Shown piece after piece: positions 40,801-54,707 of a stretch of 64,000 nucleotides of DNA. The DNA is from Camelus ferus (lineage: Eukaryota): positions 77,936,001 through 78,000,000 of the forward strand of contig NC_045697.1 of NCBI RefSeq assembly GCF_009834535.1, given 5' to 3'. How positions within the stretch are numbered: position 1 is the first letter of the stretch; each line of letters begins with the position of its first letter. The position numbers and the translations under genes are program-made. Under the pieces are notes generated by a model, which worked only from the letters and a program-made list of their open reading frames with translations, was not told the origin of the DNA and did not search any database.

Positions 40801-43800
40801 GCTGGGCAGAAAGAAGCGGAAAGGTCGAAGGCTGAGAGGTACAAGGATCAACAAGGCACCCAGCCCTCCTTCCTTTCGTGTCTCCTTACATTAATTTCCA
40901 ACCGAGAGGTGTTTTTCTCCCCCTGTGTGGAAAGGAGATATGCTGCTTAAAACTAGAAAATTTTAAAAACACCCAACAAATCATCTCTCCGATCTTAAAT
41001 TTTCCAAACAGTCTGTCAAGTGAATGCTGCGGCGCTAATCTGAAAAAGCTTTACTTAAATTGCAAAGAAGACATAGCAGGGAGAAGAGAGGCTAATAAAT
41101 TAGAAATCGAGAAGCAAATGGACCTGTCAAAGGAAAATTGCTTTGACTTTAAGCGAACAACTGTTTGGTGGTTCACTCTGGATTTATACAAGAATAAAAA
41201 GTCGCCTCAGATCACGTTCTCTGTAATGCTTATTAGTCCCCAGACAGAAAACATACAATAGAATAGAAACCCTAACCCAGCACTTTCAAAATGCTGAAAG
41301 CTTATCCATTCTACTTAACGTGTATTAAGACACATATCCTAGAGCTTTCAAATTCCTTATACACTGTATTAAGCTCATCCTAACCCGAGAGAGAGCCATG
41401 CTTTAAATTTGACTCTCTTGTTTACTTTATTATCAATCAGATTCAAATCCATAAAGCCTGTAGAATCAACAACCTTGAGCTAATTACGTATAAAATATGC
41501 TTTAATGAATTTCCATACAATTAAGAATGTTGCCAAATAACCAATTTCAAGGATAATTTTTAAGTCATTTTCTATTCCTAGGGAGCTCAAGACTGTCTTG
41601 AATTGTTAAGAGTCTAAGCAGGCAGAGGCAGTAGGTTGTAGGCAAAGGGCAAAAGCCTAGGGAAACACTCAGCTAGGAAAAACAAATCCTTGTACATTTA
41701 TATAAAACAAAAGAGAAAAAAAACACTTTGGGGACATCTAAATCTTTACAGCACTATTTCCAAAGAAACTGAAGAAGAAATCCAAAGATATCATTCAAAA
41801 TAATTTGTGAAAGTCCTTTTGTCCTCTGGCTTAGGTCAGCTAGAGAGCACAAACTAATCTCCCCTGGGTTTTTGCATTGGCGATTGCTTTATTGTGGAGT
41901 TAGTGTTATCATCCCTCAATGTGTATTTGTTTGACATTACAGTCAATGATTTGCAACACGAGCATGAGGTATCTTCAGAAAACTCCCTCGTCCTTGTTCC
42001 TAAGATTGGGAAACTTATTCAGTCTGGGGCAGAGTGGATGAAGCAGACTACAAATATGTTTGTAACCCATGTGTCTCTCCTTTGCCCTGCTCCCACTCCC
42101 CAACCCTATCTGGAACTCCTCCCCCATGTTAAACATGCTTGAGAGTAGTCCAAAGAACCAAGTGAGAATTCTTTGGTCTCTCTTCACAAGCATCATCCCA
42201 TTTTAAGAAGAATTTAGCTATAGGAAGGAACTTTCTTCATAGCAAGCTTTAAATCAGCATTTCTACTTTTAACCTTTCATTCCAATTCACCCCATTCCAC
42301 ACATACACACACCTGCTCAGAGCAGAACAGATCCCCATGTGACAGGTCTGCATTAGCTGAGGCTCACACATCCAGCCATATTAGGTCCTGCAATCTTATC
42401 ACTAAATTATACATATTACATAAGCAGCCTGTTGGTAAAGAAGGTTAAATTAATTTACATACTGCTCATTATCTGGTGCTTAAATGACGCATTTTATCCC
42501 TGAGATTTGGCAGAGAATCTCTTTCTCAGACCCCACAGTGTTTCACTGAAGACAGTGCTTCTTACATTTGTAGTGGTTTTTAATCTGATAAGACTCTAAT
42601 TTGCTTAAGTCTTTTAAATAAAGGTTTTAAATGTTTCTAGCCATTTTCTTATTGAATTTCCCCTAATTCCTCCAAGATCATAAAGTATATGTGTAAAGTA
42701 AATATTTCCTCCCATTGCCCAGCCAGTCCATGACCTATAACTAAGTCAATATGAATCAGCTCTTTTCTGCCCATGTTTACTAATCATATTCCAGTATCTT
42801 CTTTAAACCTCAGCATAGTTGCTATCCCTACAATACCACATGCTCAAGGCTTCATTTCACAAAACAAATCCATCACATCAAAGTATAAAAGGTTCTCCTC
42901 CATAAGGAGCATACTTTCTGCCTTGCTTTTTCACAATTCAAACTCTGGAGCCACAGTTTTTGGTGGAGAACCTGAGTGGTTTTCAAAATGCCTTACTCAG
43001 GAGAGTTGAAAAACTCCACAGAGATGTATAGATTTCTAAGCCCGTGTCTCATTAAATCCATGGAAGTTTGATTTAATCTCATTGGCTCCATTGACTAACA
43101 GAACTTTATGGCCAATATACACATATGAAGGGCCTAAACCAGCCTCTAAAGTGGGTGAAAAACCCAAGGGCAAGTGGCAGTTCCTCAGAGTGCCAAATGT
43201 GGGAGATGTCGGAAGTGCTAGTGATCTTCAGGTGGCCTAAAAGCCAAAAAAGATAAGGAATCTTAAATTGTATTGATCCATTGTAACATCAAGTGGAGAA
43301 TAAATTATATTGAAGAACTCTGGTTAAGTAAAAACAAAATCATATATATTATGCATGTATCTATTTATAGATAGAAATGCTCATACATAATACATATACC
43401 TCTCCCCAACCTCCTCAATCCAACTGAGCCAGGGCAGTATTTCTTTGCATTTTTCTGGCTAGAATTTCAACTCTCTTCTAATCTTCTAATCACTTCACAC
43501 ACTCTGAGGTTGGTCAATACCCTTTCCAGGCCCAACAAAGTTCACTTCCATGTGTGGCAGGATTATTCCAATGTGAAAAGTTGGGGTGAGGAAAAGCAAG
43601 TGTGTAGTGGGGAAACAAGAAACAATTTTCGGTGAAAACTGTATTGGTAGTAGGCATTTTTTTTAGATTTAATCTACAAAAAACCCCAAACGTTGTGGTG
43701 CACAGGTGTACACGTTTAGGCAGTACAGATAAAAGAATTTGAAATAAGGAAATCTTAGGCATTTTGTGAGTTCAGCTCTACCGTTACCAGCCTCCTTCCC

Positions 43801-44685
43801 GCCCCTACTCTTCTTTGACTGGTTCTGGAAATTAGTGTGACTTCGGCCTCCATTACAGAAATGGTCAATCCAGGAAAAAAAAAAAAAAATCAGTGCAGTG
43901 GTTTCAGGGAAGCTGGAGGTGCTGCACTGCTGCAGTGGGGGAGAGAACAGGAAGCCCAATGAGGGTTTGGGTTTTCCACTCAGAAGACATCAGGAATCGC
44001 CTCAACTGGGTTTTCTTAATTATTCTTCAAAGAAAGACCCTTGAGGAGGGAAATGTGTGATACGAGGTCAGGCGTGTTTTGAGCTGGTATTTGCCATCGA
44101 TTACTAGTCTTAAGGTCTTATTTAATTTCACGCTCTTTAGTGTTAGTTGCACAAAGGCCCTCTGGCCATCACGGCGAGATGGGTCGGGCAGCGCCGCCAA
44201 ACTCTTGGTTGCAGCGGCCGGGACGCGAGCTGGGACACAGTGAAGCGACTCACGATTTTTGGAGAAAATTCTATCCTCAAAGCTCACATGAAGATGGTTC
44301 AGTTAGATGTCTCCTTGCGCTGTCAGGTGGTAGAGGGCTAGGAGTCTCGCTCAGGTCCAGGCCAGCTCAAGGATGAGGCCAGCAGGAGTCAGCTCGCAGC
44401 CACATGACAGGCGCGCGTGCGCGTGCGTGAGAGAGTGTGTCTGTGTGTGTGTCCGCGCGCGAGCGCGCGAGCCTGCGGTGTAAGGCGCAGAGGTCAGATG
44501 GAGACCTTGCACCTTGCCCGAGAAATGGTTCTGCTCCCCTTTTTTCCTGGCCTGGCTTTTTTTCACACACAAATCAAGCTAGAAAAGGCCCCTTCGCCGT
44601 CCTCCCCAACCCCGCCATCAAGCCAAAGCACCCAGAAATTAAAGGTTCTGCCGTCACTGGTTTCTCCCTGGTCCCTAAATGGAAA

Positions 44686-44688
44686 AAA

Positions 44689-44761
<73 letters not shown>
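44686..44761 (+). repeat. (AAAT)19 microsatellite
   Basis: Direct read; PITX2 intron. Confidence 0.97.
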
Positions 44762-44763
<2 letters not shown>

Positions 44764-46487
44764 AAGTGCAGGTTTGTAAAAAGGGGGCGGATTCTTTTCT
44801 AAATCAAAAGCCTGTAGAAGTACTGAGCAACATCCACCCTCTCTGGGTCTCCACAAATGGTAACCATATTTCTGTCCCCCACAAACCACTTGAAGTTTGG
44901 GGTAACTGGCTGGGGGGTTCTTTTCACCTGCCAGTGTTGGGTGAAGAGGAGCTGGGGATTAGGGGAGGAGCGGGGAGGGGGAGAGGGGCTACTGCAATCA
45001 CTAACCCACGTGCTGTAGAGCTTTTGCACATTAGTCTGTTAGCACAACGGGTTTATTAGGCGCTCATTTAATTACGGAAGGCAACTAGGCGTGGAAAAGT
45101 AAAATAAAGTCAATGGTATACTTGTGCTTGAGGGTAAAAGAGGGATAGAGAAATGAGACTGAAATAAACATCAATGCCTAGGTCTAGAGAGATGGAAGTG
45201 GCAAAGGACTAACTAAAGTCACTTAAAAAATTGGATTAAAATACTTCTCTTTCTATTTTTTTCTATTTTCCGTCTCCAGCTCATGTCCGTCTCCCTTTCT
45301 ATTTCTCTTGCTCCCCTTCTTTCTGTCTTCCCTCTCCCAGACATGCTGGTAGCTAACATTCAGCATTAGTTGTCATGGTGACCATAAATCACATAAATCC
45401 AAAAATACCCACCTATAATCTGAGATGAAGCTTTTATTTCCCTAGCGAAATAATATTTTAAAAGCTGTCAGCTGACCAAAAAAAAAAAAAAAACCCACCT
45501 CATTGTAGTAACCCAAGTAATATATTACTTCTAAAGGTTTAAATTAAAATGTCAGCCTGTTAAAAACATTCTGGGAGAATCTTGGGCACTCTTCATGTCA
45601 GATCCTCACAATGAAGTTGGCTCCATCACTCTTGATCTCTCTTTAACACATATACACAACTTTGCATGCTCTCTCTCCTTCTATTAATTTCTTTCTTCCC
45701 ATCCCAACCATCTTGTCCTCACAGATTCTCTGCCTTTGGTTGTAAGAGAAAGGAGTCTCCGTCTAGATGAGAAAGAAGCTCAATCCTTTGCCTGAGCCTT
45801 CTGAGGACTTGCATGTTGGTCCTCTGTTATCAATCGCTTCCCTAAATGAAAGATGGGTGCCTTGGGGAGATAGGTGCTGGTCAGGGCCACGATGGGGGAG
45901 TCTTTCTAGAGAAGTTGAGAAGAAAGAAATGCAGAGGGAAGGACTGGTGGGGGAAGACGGAGCTGGACAGCCAGGTTCTGTGTTTAAGTCTAGCCCAGGA
46001 AAGGTACGTATACTCTCCCACTTGTGCATTTTTCTCTTGAGAGGAAAGTTTCCCATGTGAAGACCCTGGGTAGGGGGCGGAGAAGAGGGTGGCGGCCGCA
46101 GTCGGGGCTTTTGTCTTCTACCTTGGGCTTGTTGTCTTTTGCCTATCTTTGGATTACAGGGTATTCGCCTAGATGAAGAGCCATTAATTACCCATTCAGT
46201 CAATATTAGGAAGACGACAAAGCTTTTTACATAGGATTAAGAAGACATCAGATTGTTCCATTAGTATATTCCTGCTCACGAATAAGCTTTCGTTATACAT
46301 TTCCTTTTCCCCCGAGTCGCTCTGACAACTGCCGCATATATTAACAGCGGGCGGTGCGGCATAGCAGCCGAATCAGCCTTGCGAAACTTTGAGCGCACAC
46401 CGCGTCGGTACCGAGGAACGCGACCCGTAAAGACGCGAACGGGGATCCGCAGGAACTGACTACCTTTGGACAATTTCCTGTTTGGGG

Positions 46488-46550
<63 letters not shown>
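46488..46550 (+). repeat. (AAC)21 microsatellite
   Basis: Direct read; PITX2 intron. Confidence 0.97.
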
Positions 46551-46551
<1 letters not shown>

Positions 46552-49141
46552 TCACCAAAAGGAGAAGCAACTTCTGCCAATAAGCTGAAGATTTGAAGCG
46601 GGGTGGGGGTGGTGGCGATGGGGGTAGAAAAGAAAATGGAAATCTCTCCTCTCCCATCTCCCGGCTTCTTCAGACCTCACGCCCCTCTGGCACTCCCTGG
46701 TCTTTTACCCCGGCTTCGCACTAAAAGCCCTCCACCCTTTTAAACATCCCCCTTCTTTCTGACCACGCTCAGGCCCGAGAGCCTCCCCCTCGCACCGCCA
46801 TTTAGCATTTTGCTAGAGGTGGTCTGGGTTGCTTTTGTTGGTATCCTCGTTAGCATTAAAGTCGCTTCCGAACGGCGAAGGGAAACCGGATGATTTGCTT
46901 GGGGGAGGAGGGGGAGGCATTAGGAATCCATGCAGTATGTGCTTGGCAAACATTTGGTGATTGAATGAATGGCTCTGCGGCCACAAAGGCGGCGAGGGTT
47001 ACCCCCGCTCCTCTGAAGAAGACCGGGACCCGACTGCTGCCGCGTGAGACGGTGTGTCGCGGCTGGAGTCTTGGAGTCCCTGTCCTTAGGGAAGAAAGCC
47101 TGCGCGCACCAGAGGCCGAGGTTGAACAATTTCAGCCCAACTGCTTTGCCAAACCACGTAAAAATTAGTGGCGTAGCTGAGGGAGGCCGGGCGAAGGTAT
47201 CGGCCCCAAATCTGGTCCCGAGGCCAGCGCCGGGACCGACGGACCGCAGCTGGGTCGATTACAGCCCCAAATTTACAGCCACAGCCCTGAAACTTTAAAG
47301 GTGATTTACAGGGGAGGCTCAGGCCATTCTCTTCCTGAAGGTCAAGATTACTTTTCGTGTTTCTCCAAACGGAGGCTCCACTCAGGACACTCAAAGCAAG
47401 GAAAAGCCAAGGACGTCTGTTCAAAGGGAACTTCTCAGCCTGCCTTCTGTCTGGGGGAATCCTGTTTAACTTACCAACTCTTCCTCTCTTCACTTGCCAT
47501 CCTTGCCATCCTTCTCTCAAACTCCTTGCCTTAGGGAGTCTTCAGGCAACTTCCTGCCCCCCAGTCATTTCTGGGTTTGAGCCAGGCTGTGGGTCATCTC
47601 AATGGGTATCAAGGGCACGGAGACTTGTTTGGGAAGAGAGGCAGATCTCCCAGAGATCGATCCTGTCAACTCACAGAACTTTTTCAATATTCAAGGAGGA
47701 CATGGTGTTTTGGGGTGGGGTTTAGGAGAGGGTAGTGTCTTCAATAGGATATCAGGGACCTTTTCAAAAATTGCATGTCATTGTAAATATTTTTTCTTTT
47801 AAAAAGCAAATAAAAACTATTAAAAAGTTAAGGAGAATAATCTCTCTCCCTTTTTCTTTTAAAAATTATGCTGTGGCTAGGAGTTTGCCTATTCTGTAAG
47901 TTAAATTTACTTACTACAGCTTTGTCTACATTTGTGTGACATTTTTGGTCTACTCGATTCCTTAAAAGCCAATAAAATCAAGATTTTCATAATTTTCCCC
48001 TACCACGTGTCTCTTCTTAATTAATGGCATTAAACGTGTTTGGGCAGCAGTTTTCGTCTTCAGTCCAAAAGGCAGAAAACAGACTACTGGCAGTGTAGGG
48101 AAGAGCCTTTCCCTGCACAAAAATAATCCGGGCCTAAAAGTATTGATTAAGAAAATAATCGTTTATTATTTCTAGCTCTTTGCTAATTATCAAAAGCGAA
48201 CTCCTAGGGCCGCCTGCTCGGACGGTGACAGGAGAGGACAGGACTCCCTGGCTCCGCCACTTCTAGCCCATCCAAGAGGCCCCCATCCCACCTCAGGCTT
48301 CTTTTTTCCTCGAAGGGACCCTAGTCACGTGGAGGCCACCTGTTCTCAGAAGCCATCCCTGGGGTCAAGGAAACCCTGGGTGCGGGTAGGGTTAGGGGTA
48401 TGAGACATTTTGCGTCTCTGGGCTCCTAGCGCAGCGAGAAACGCCAGCCTCGGCTGGGCGGCGGCCAGCCCGCGCTGTGCGAAGCGAGACTGGGGAGCTC
48501 CCCTAGCCTGGCCGGAGCCAGGGCTGAGCCCGCACAAAGCATTTCCCCCAGGAGTCATCGCTGCTCTTGATTTTTAACCATATCCCAAACATGCTCCGGT
48601 GTAATAATTTATTTTTACGACCGATTATCAAACAGAAGAAGAATTTAACACAATCTTAATGACAGAAATCACCCGATGTTATCTCCGTGTGGCCTCATTT
48701 AACCCCATGGGGTTAATCCCGGACAAGTGAGCGTTTAACTGGCCCAGCGGGAGGACTAGCGATTTTGTGCAGTGTCGAGGCCATTCTGCTCCACACCACT
48801 TTAGACGTTTTATTTCAACAAATGATGCTTTTCTCTCAGATTCACTGGGAAGCCCAATGCGGGAGGCCTTTGTTTTCTTCTCGGTAATACGGCTTGTTTA
48901 CTTGGCGGGGGTCCCAATTCGCCCCTCTCTAGCACACATTACATTTGTACCCTTAAACTTTAATCCGGAAAGAGGGGGTTAGGGATGAGGGCTGTGGGGG
49001 GGTGCTTTATCTCCTCACACTATCAAAGGTCAACAACATTCTATAGGCACTTAGTTATTAAGGAGCCTGGAAAACACAGAGAATAGAGCAACAGTAAATT
49101 TGAGTTTTTTCTGTATTCCAAAGGACAGGTTGTCCCACTTA

Positions 49142-49216
<75 letters not shown>
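49142..49216 (+). repeat. Compound (TC)n(CA)n microsatellite
   Basis: Direct read; PITX2 intron. Confidence 0.95.
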
Positions 49217-49961
49217 ACTAAAGGACACATTTCAATTCAGCAAAGGCCTGTGCGGGGATTGGAGACGTTAAGTTCTACTCGAGCCTGCAGTCTTTGAGTA
49301 GCAATATCCCTTGACTCGTCCAGAGTGAAACAAGACAATGAACCACACTACCAAAACCTGAGGCCTTGGAACCAGCACAACAGGTAGGTTCGCGTCGACA
49401 GGGGCAAACTCCATTCCACCCTCTGCTGCTGCGCCCAGTTCGCTGCCCTCAGGCTCTGCAGGGCTGTTGTCAGCTCCCCCACCTCGCTGCCTGGGCGAAC
49501 CTCCGCCAACCTCGCTTGCTGATCTTCCGCGGTAAACCCCGCACCCACAAGCCTGGGCGGGGCGCGACCAAAAGCCGCCGGGACGGGGTGGGCCCTGCTG
49601 GTACTGTACGCAGTGGGACGTGGTGAGCGACAGAGGTCGCTGTTGGACCACTTTTCCACGCCAGCTAGAGGCACCGAGGTAGTTTGGGGTGTGTGTAGAT
49701 CAGGCCACACATCAGATCATAAGGAGAGAGCGAGAAAGAGCGAGAGGGAGAGGTGATGGGTCTCAGGAGGGTAGTATAATTTGGGGAAAGGAATTAACGT
49801 TGCTTGGACGGCTGCTTCTCGTCCTACCCAGAGGCCAAGTGTCTTAAGTTCGGAGAAGGCGCGCCCAGTCTGGCGGCCTTGCCTGCGTGCGTCTCACCAG
49901 AGCCCCAGAGGCCCGGGGGCGGGCGCCAAGCGCGCGGCGTGCGCCTCGCTCCTGGCCTTAC

Positions 49962-50099
49962 CATAGGCGCTGGGATGCAGCCGCGGGAAGAGCTTGCTGG
50001 TGGCCGCCTCTTTCCGGCTCTCGGGAGAGTCCGTGAACTCGATCTTTTTGATTTCGGAGTCTTTGGAGAAGAGGCATTCAACGGCCGCCGGCTGCACGC
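49962..50099 (-). CDS. PITX2: PITX2b cassette exon (138 nt)
   Basis: Acceptor ggcccag|GC, donor ATG|gtaagg. Encodes (G)VQPAAVECLFSKDSEIKKIEFTDSPESRKEAATSKLFPRLHPSAY. Symmetric phase 1-1 exon. Confidence 0.95.
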
Positions 50100-50566
50100 C
50101 TGGGCCACGCGCGCCCGCCCCACGTGCGGGGAAAGAGAGGCCCCAGACGGCGGCGGAATGTAACAGGGGTTGAGCGGGGTGGGAGAGGGAGGCAGAACAG
50201 AGGAGAAAAAGGGACAAAGAGCAAAGACCCAGTTAGAGGGAAGAGCGGAGGACACTCCAGTCTCCCGGACCCTCTGGCAACCCGGCGCAGGGCGGCGTAC
50301 TCTCACCGCGCCTCCCTGGCTGTCAGCGGCTCCCCCCGGGAGGAGGAGGCCCGGGGCTTCGAGACGCGGCGAGCGGCCCCCTCCCTACCCACAGCCCCCC
50401 GCGGGGAGAGGCTGCCGGCGTCCTGGTTCTGATTTCCTTCCTGCCCTGGGCGGCTCCTGCGGGAAGCCCCCCTCGCGCGGCCTCGCCGCGGGACCTGTGC
50501 CCTCTCGCCGCCCTCGCGTGGCGCGGTCTCCCGTCGGGTGACCCTGGCAGAAGAAACGACTCTTAC

Positions 50567-50612
50567 CTAATTGCACACACGCCGACACTAACTTGCGACA
50601 GTTGGTCTCCAT
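50567..50612 (-). CDS. PITX2: PITX2a/b first coding exon (whole exon 50567-50622 including 10 nt of 5'UTR)
   Basis: ATG at 50612 gives METNCRKLVSACVQL. Donor TAG|gtaaga. Acceptor ttttgtag| at 50623-50624. Confidence 0.97.
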
Positions 50613-53600
50613 TCCCCGTTATCTACAAAACAGAAGAGAAAGAAGGCTGTGAGAGTCGGCGGCAGGCAAGCGCGCAGGGCTCAAAGGAGGCTACCTGTGG
50701 GGCAAACAAATTCAACACTAGCTATTAGGCGCCTACTCTGTGCTAGGTTTTAGGAGTGTTTCTCGGACTTGACAGCCTCTGGCTGCCCAGCCTCATCCCC
50801 ATCCTAGCCCTGGTCCAGGACATCTGAATGTTTACCAAGGGGCGGGATCGGCCTCCAGAGTTGCAGCGAATGGGCCCAGGGGCTCTTGGCCGATAAAACC
50901 ACCATGTTCTGGGAACTTAGGCTGTGGAACTATCCACAAGAGTGTCTGTGTAAGGGGTTAAAAGCCCGTCTGAACACGAGGACAACCTTAGCAGATACAA
51001 AATTTAGGGATGAGTGGAGAGGACTTTCTCTTTGGGGACTTGTGTGCGAAGGCCAGCACAGTGCTTGTTCGTTAAATGGAGCTCAGCAAATATTTATAAA
51101 ATGCCAGAAACAACTTGTCCCTGTCCTAGACAGCAATTCTCGATTTTCTGTAATTCTGAAACACACAGGACTCCAAAGCTCTCTGCCTGTGGTGCTCCAG
51201 GAGTGAGCTGGCTTCGGGCCTCTCATCCATCAGGAGCCACTTTTCCATATTTAGCCACACTTTCCCCTGGAGATACTCACCCAGCCATTTATTTACCCTA
51301 AAGTATGATTTAAGATCGCCGAGCAGGGAAATGGGGTGGACCGAGTGAGACTGAGGAGAGCGAGGCAAAAGTCCCCGGAGGGTTTACCGCTCGCCAAGGA
51401 CAGAGAAATAGCTCCGAGGGAATGGCTTCCCCAGTACTCCCCCTTCTCCTCCCTGGCAAACCAGATCTTTTTCAAATTTCTAACCAGAGCGCAGCGAGCC
51501 AAGCGTTTAACGCGCGCCCCCTTCTCTGCCACGGGCAAACCGGGAGAGGTGGGTGGCGAGGGGCTCTGTCGGGGAGGGTAGAAGAGCCGTGGCTGCTTTA
51601 AAGACAGAAGAAAGGAAAGAAGGTCCCAGCTCCCCAGGCCCCTTGGATCACGGCGCCTGCCTCGCTCCACGTTAACCAGGGTACGCCGGCGGCGGGAGGG
51701 CCCACCTCGCTGGGGTCCAGGGCTGGGGTTGGGGGCGGGCGTTGCCCGGTTGTTCGAGGGGCAGAGGCTGGGCAGGGAGCTGCGGGGTTTGGCTCTTGAC
51801 TGAGTCGCATTTCTCGGCTCTCGGCCTCTCCTGGTAGGAGCCGGGCCGAGGGGCCTCTGGCCAAGGTCGGTGCCTAGAAAAGGGGCTGCCCCGCGCGGCA
51901 AGCGTGGGGATCCAAGGGAGGGGACAGCCAGGCGGTTCCCCCACCCGCTAGCGTGGACGCGGGCGGGGACTCTGCTGATCCTTGCAGGCCCGGGCGCCCA
52001 GAAGTAGCAGTTTGGCGGCTCCAGATTTAGTGATTCTGCAGTAAAATCACAGGATTAGTCCCTGATTGAGATGTCTGTTCGTGAGATATTACAAAATTCA
52101 TTATCACAGCTTTCTACTAACTCGATATGAAGTAACACAGATGGGATTTTATTAGTCCAGACTTCAAATGTTTACTTATGATAATTTCAGGGGAAATTTG
52201 CATGTCATCATCATTTCGATAATCTTTTTTTTTCTTTTCTTTTTTCTTATTTCTGAACTGGCTGCATTATTAGCTTTGCAGATGGTAACTGCAAATAGTT
52301 TTTATTTTTTAAAATAATGACATATACAAAAGAAAAAGATCCAGTCGCTCAGCGTAAAGTCAGTCAATTATTACACATTCTCCCCCTACTCCCAAGGTTC
52401 AGTACTGAAGACCAAACAAAGCAACACAAAACAAATCTTCAAGAACTCCTCTCTAAAGACTGAAAATAAGGTCAAGGCGTGTTCCTTAGCTTACTCCTAC
52501 GTGTCCTTGTGATTTGTGGATTTATTTTGCAGTCAAAATGAGTCCTGAGACCTGCATTTTTTTTTTTTTTGCTTCATTTAAAGATCAGGCCTCCTAGATG
52601 AATTGACTCTATATAACTGGGGAAGATAATTTTTAAGAAGGGACCTCCAAGTCCTGCCTGCTGATCCTTAAACTTGCCCTGTCAAGACAAGTCTTACAAG
52701 ACAAATTTGGCTGCAGGATTTAGGCACTGGCTTGAATGGCTAATCTCACAAATTAAGATGAGCAACTTTTCCTGTTGGATAGTTGTTCTCACCCTAAAAG
52801 TTCATGTCCTGCTTGGAATGTATATATATGCGGCAATCTTGTTTTGGCCACCTTGAGTTATCTATTGTGAGCTTGCTAAAAAGCACTACACAGCTAATGG
52901 AGCCCGCTGAACCTCTGGCTAGGGCAGACAAATAGAAGGAAATAAAACAATTTGCTTAAAAATAATTTCTGTTGATTGTCATAAGATGAAATTGCTGGAA
53001 ACAAATACAGTCTTAATAATTCCAAATTCCCTCGCATTTCCCTTCTTTCCATTCACATTATTACCCCATAACAAAATCTTTAATGGAAAGTTTAAAAATA
53101 AACATGACAAGAACATATGTTTTAAGTGAACTGAATTAGTGAGATTAGTCAGTAAATTAATTTGCAGTGGGTAATCATTTAAGGAAATTAAAATGCTGCT
53201 TAGCACAGTTCTGTATTTTACCAGTTTAAGCCTTCTTTTAAACCAATTAATATTGATGCTTTAGGAACACTTGAGGACAAACACGCTCAACTTGAGGAAC
53301 AAAGCACCTGAATAATTTAAGTGTAGTTTTGCTGAGGTAGAGTAAAACAGTCCATAAATGAAGTAGCTATTTAATTTTTAGGGAAAGTTTGATATTTGAA
53401 GCCTTGTATGCTTATTTTATGTTACATCAACAAAAATCCTCTATCTATATTGCTTAAGTGCTTTGTTTCCTTGACTTAAATGGCATTTGAATTTTAGATG
53501 GCTTTCCTCCAAAATGATATTAAAAGCATCTTTAATTATTATTAATGGACTAAAAAGAATGCAAGAAAATCTCTCTAAATCAAATTAATATTTCATAAAT

Positions 53601-54374
53601 TACTTTAGAATGCGTGAATTCCGTATATTATTTAAATTCGTGATAGTAAAAGTTTTTTTTAAAATTTTAGTTTACTTTAAGAAAAGAGAAAAAAGATTTC
53701 TAAATTGCTTAGGAAAGTAAAATCGTTAAATTGGAATAAAAAGAGGAACATATTTCTCTGATTCAGAATCATAATGTTTTTCTTACTGGACAGTCAGAAA
53801 ATAGTCCTCTTCCCTGCACACATTTAAAATGTATCTCCTGAAGTGCAAGATTGGAGTTGACTGGTAATCAATTTAAGGGATTTATAATCCGAAGTAATTG
53901 TGTGAGCTTGGCATCCAGGCCTGGCTCCCAGGTAATTCGCTTGGGCCTGAGAGGTCACTAACTGCCAGTTAAGATGGAAGCTTTTTTTTCCAATTGATAA
54001 CAATGGGAAGGGGGCTAATCTTCCAGTAGCTGAAACTTTGTACCCGGCCCTTTATCTTGAGAATTCTAATCCTCAATCTGAGGATTTGTCCCTTCAGCGT
54101 TGGCACCAAGATTTAAGGGAAGATACCTCGTTTTAAATGCCAGCCATGGCCTCGCTTCCCACTCGACTTCAGCACCCCATGCATAGATTGTTAGTGTCTG
54201 TGACTGGGACGAAGGGAACGGGGCTTTGCAAGGTCTGTTTGCCAAGTGCGTTACCTAGGGGGAAAGGCAGCCCTAAGAGCCACAAATCACCTATGGCGAA
54301 GAATCTCCAAAGTGGAACAAATTTCCAAACTCGCATTATCTCACATCCCTGCGGGAGAGGCGGCCTCCACTTAC

Positions 54375-54707
54375 CGGCTACCGGGAGAGAGCGGCTGTCT
54401 CCGCGTCCCGCCGCGTCCTGGAGAGATTTCCAGCGAACAGAGGCGCGGGCTGCACCGCAAGCGCCCGAAAGCCGGGCCCGAGAGTACTGCTGGGCTCCGG
54501 AGGGTGCCAAGTTCCGAGGGGGTCTACGGGTCCGCGGCGGCCTCCGGAATCTAGCCGTCACTGGCAGTTTCTTTCTGCTCTTCTCCAGCTTTCTCTCCCG
54601 GTCTCGCACTCTCTCTCCCCTCCCTCGCTCTCATCCCTCTCTCTTCCCTCAGCTCCGACTCGGTGTGGGGAGTGACGTGACGTCAGCAGAGATTCCACCA
54701 AACTCCA
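54375..54707 (-). other. PITX2: PITX2a/b non-coding 5'UTR exon
   Basis: Strong donor CCG|gtaagt (54373-54374) inside a CpG island. Splicing to the 50622 exon gives ...GGTAGCCG|ATAACGGGG..., which resembles the human mRNA as I recall it. The 5' boundary is uncertain (candidate acceptor gtgcag| at 54708-54709, or a local TSS). Confidence 0.8.

Noticed and set aside
46341..46657. Poly-Val and poly-Leu ORFs
   Set aside because: Translations of the (AAC)21 repeat.
54168..54190. REST/NRSE site (TTCAGCACC)
   Set aside because: Only the left half-site is present; there is no GGACAG right half.
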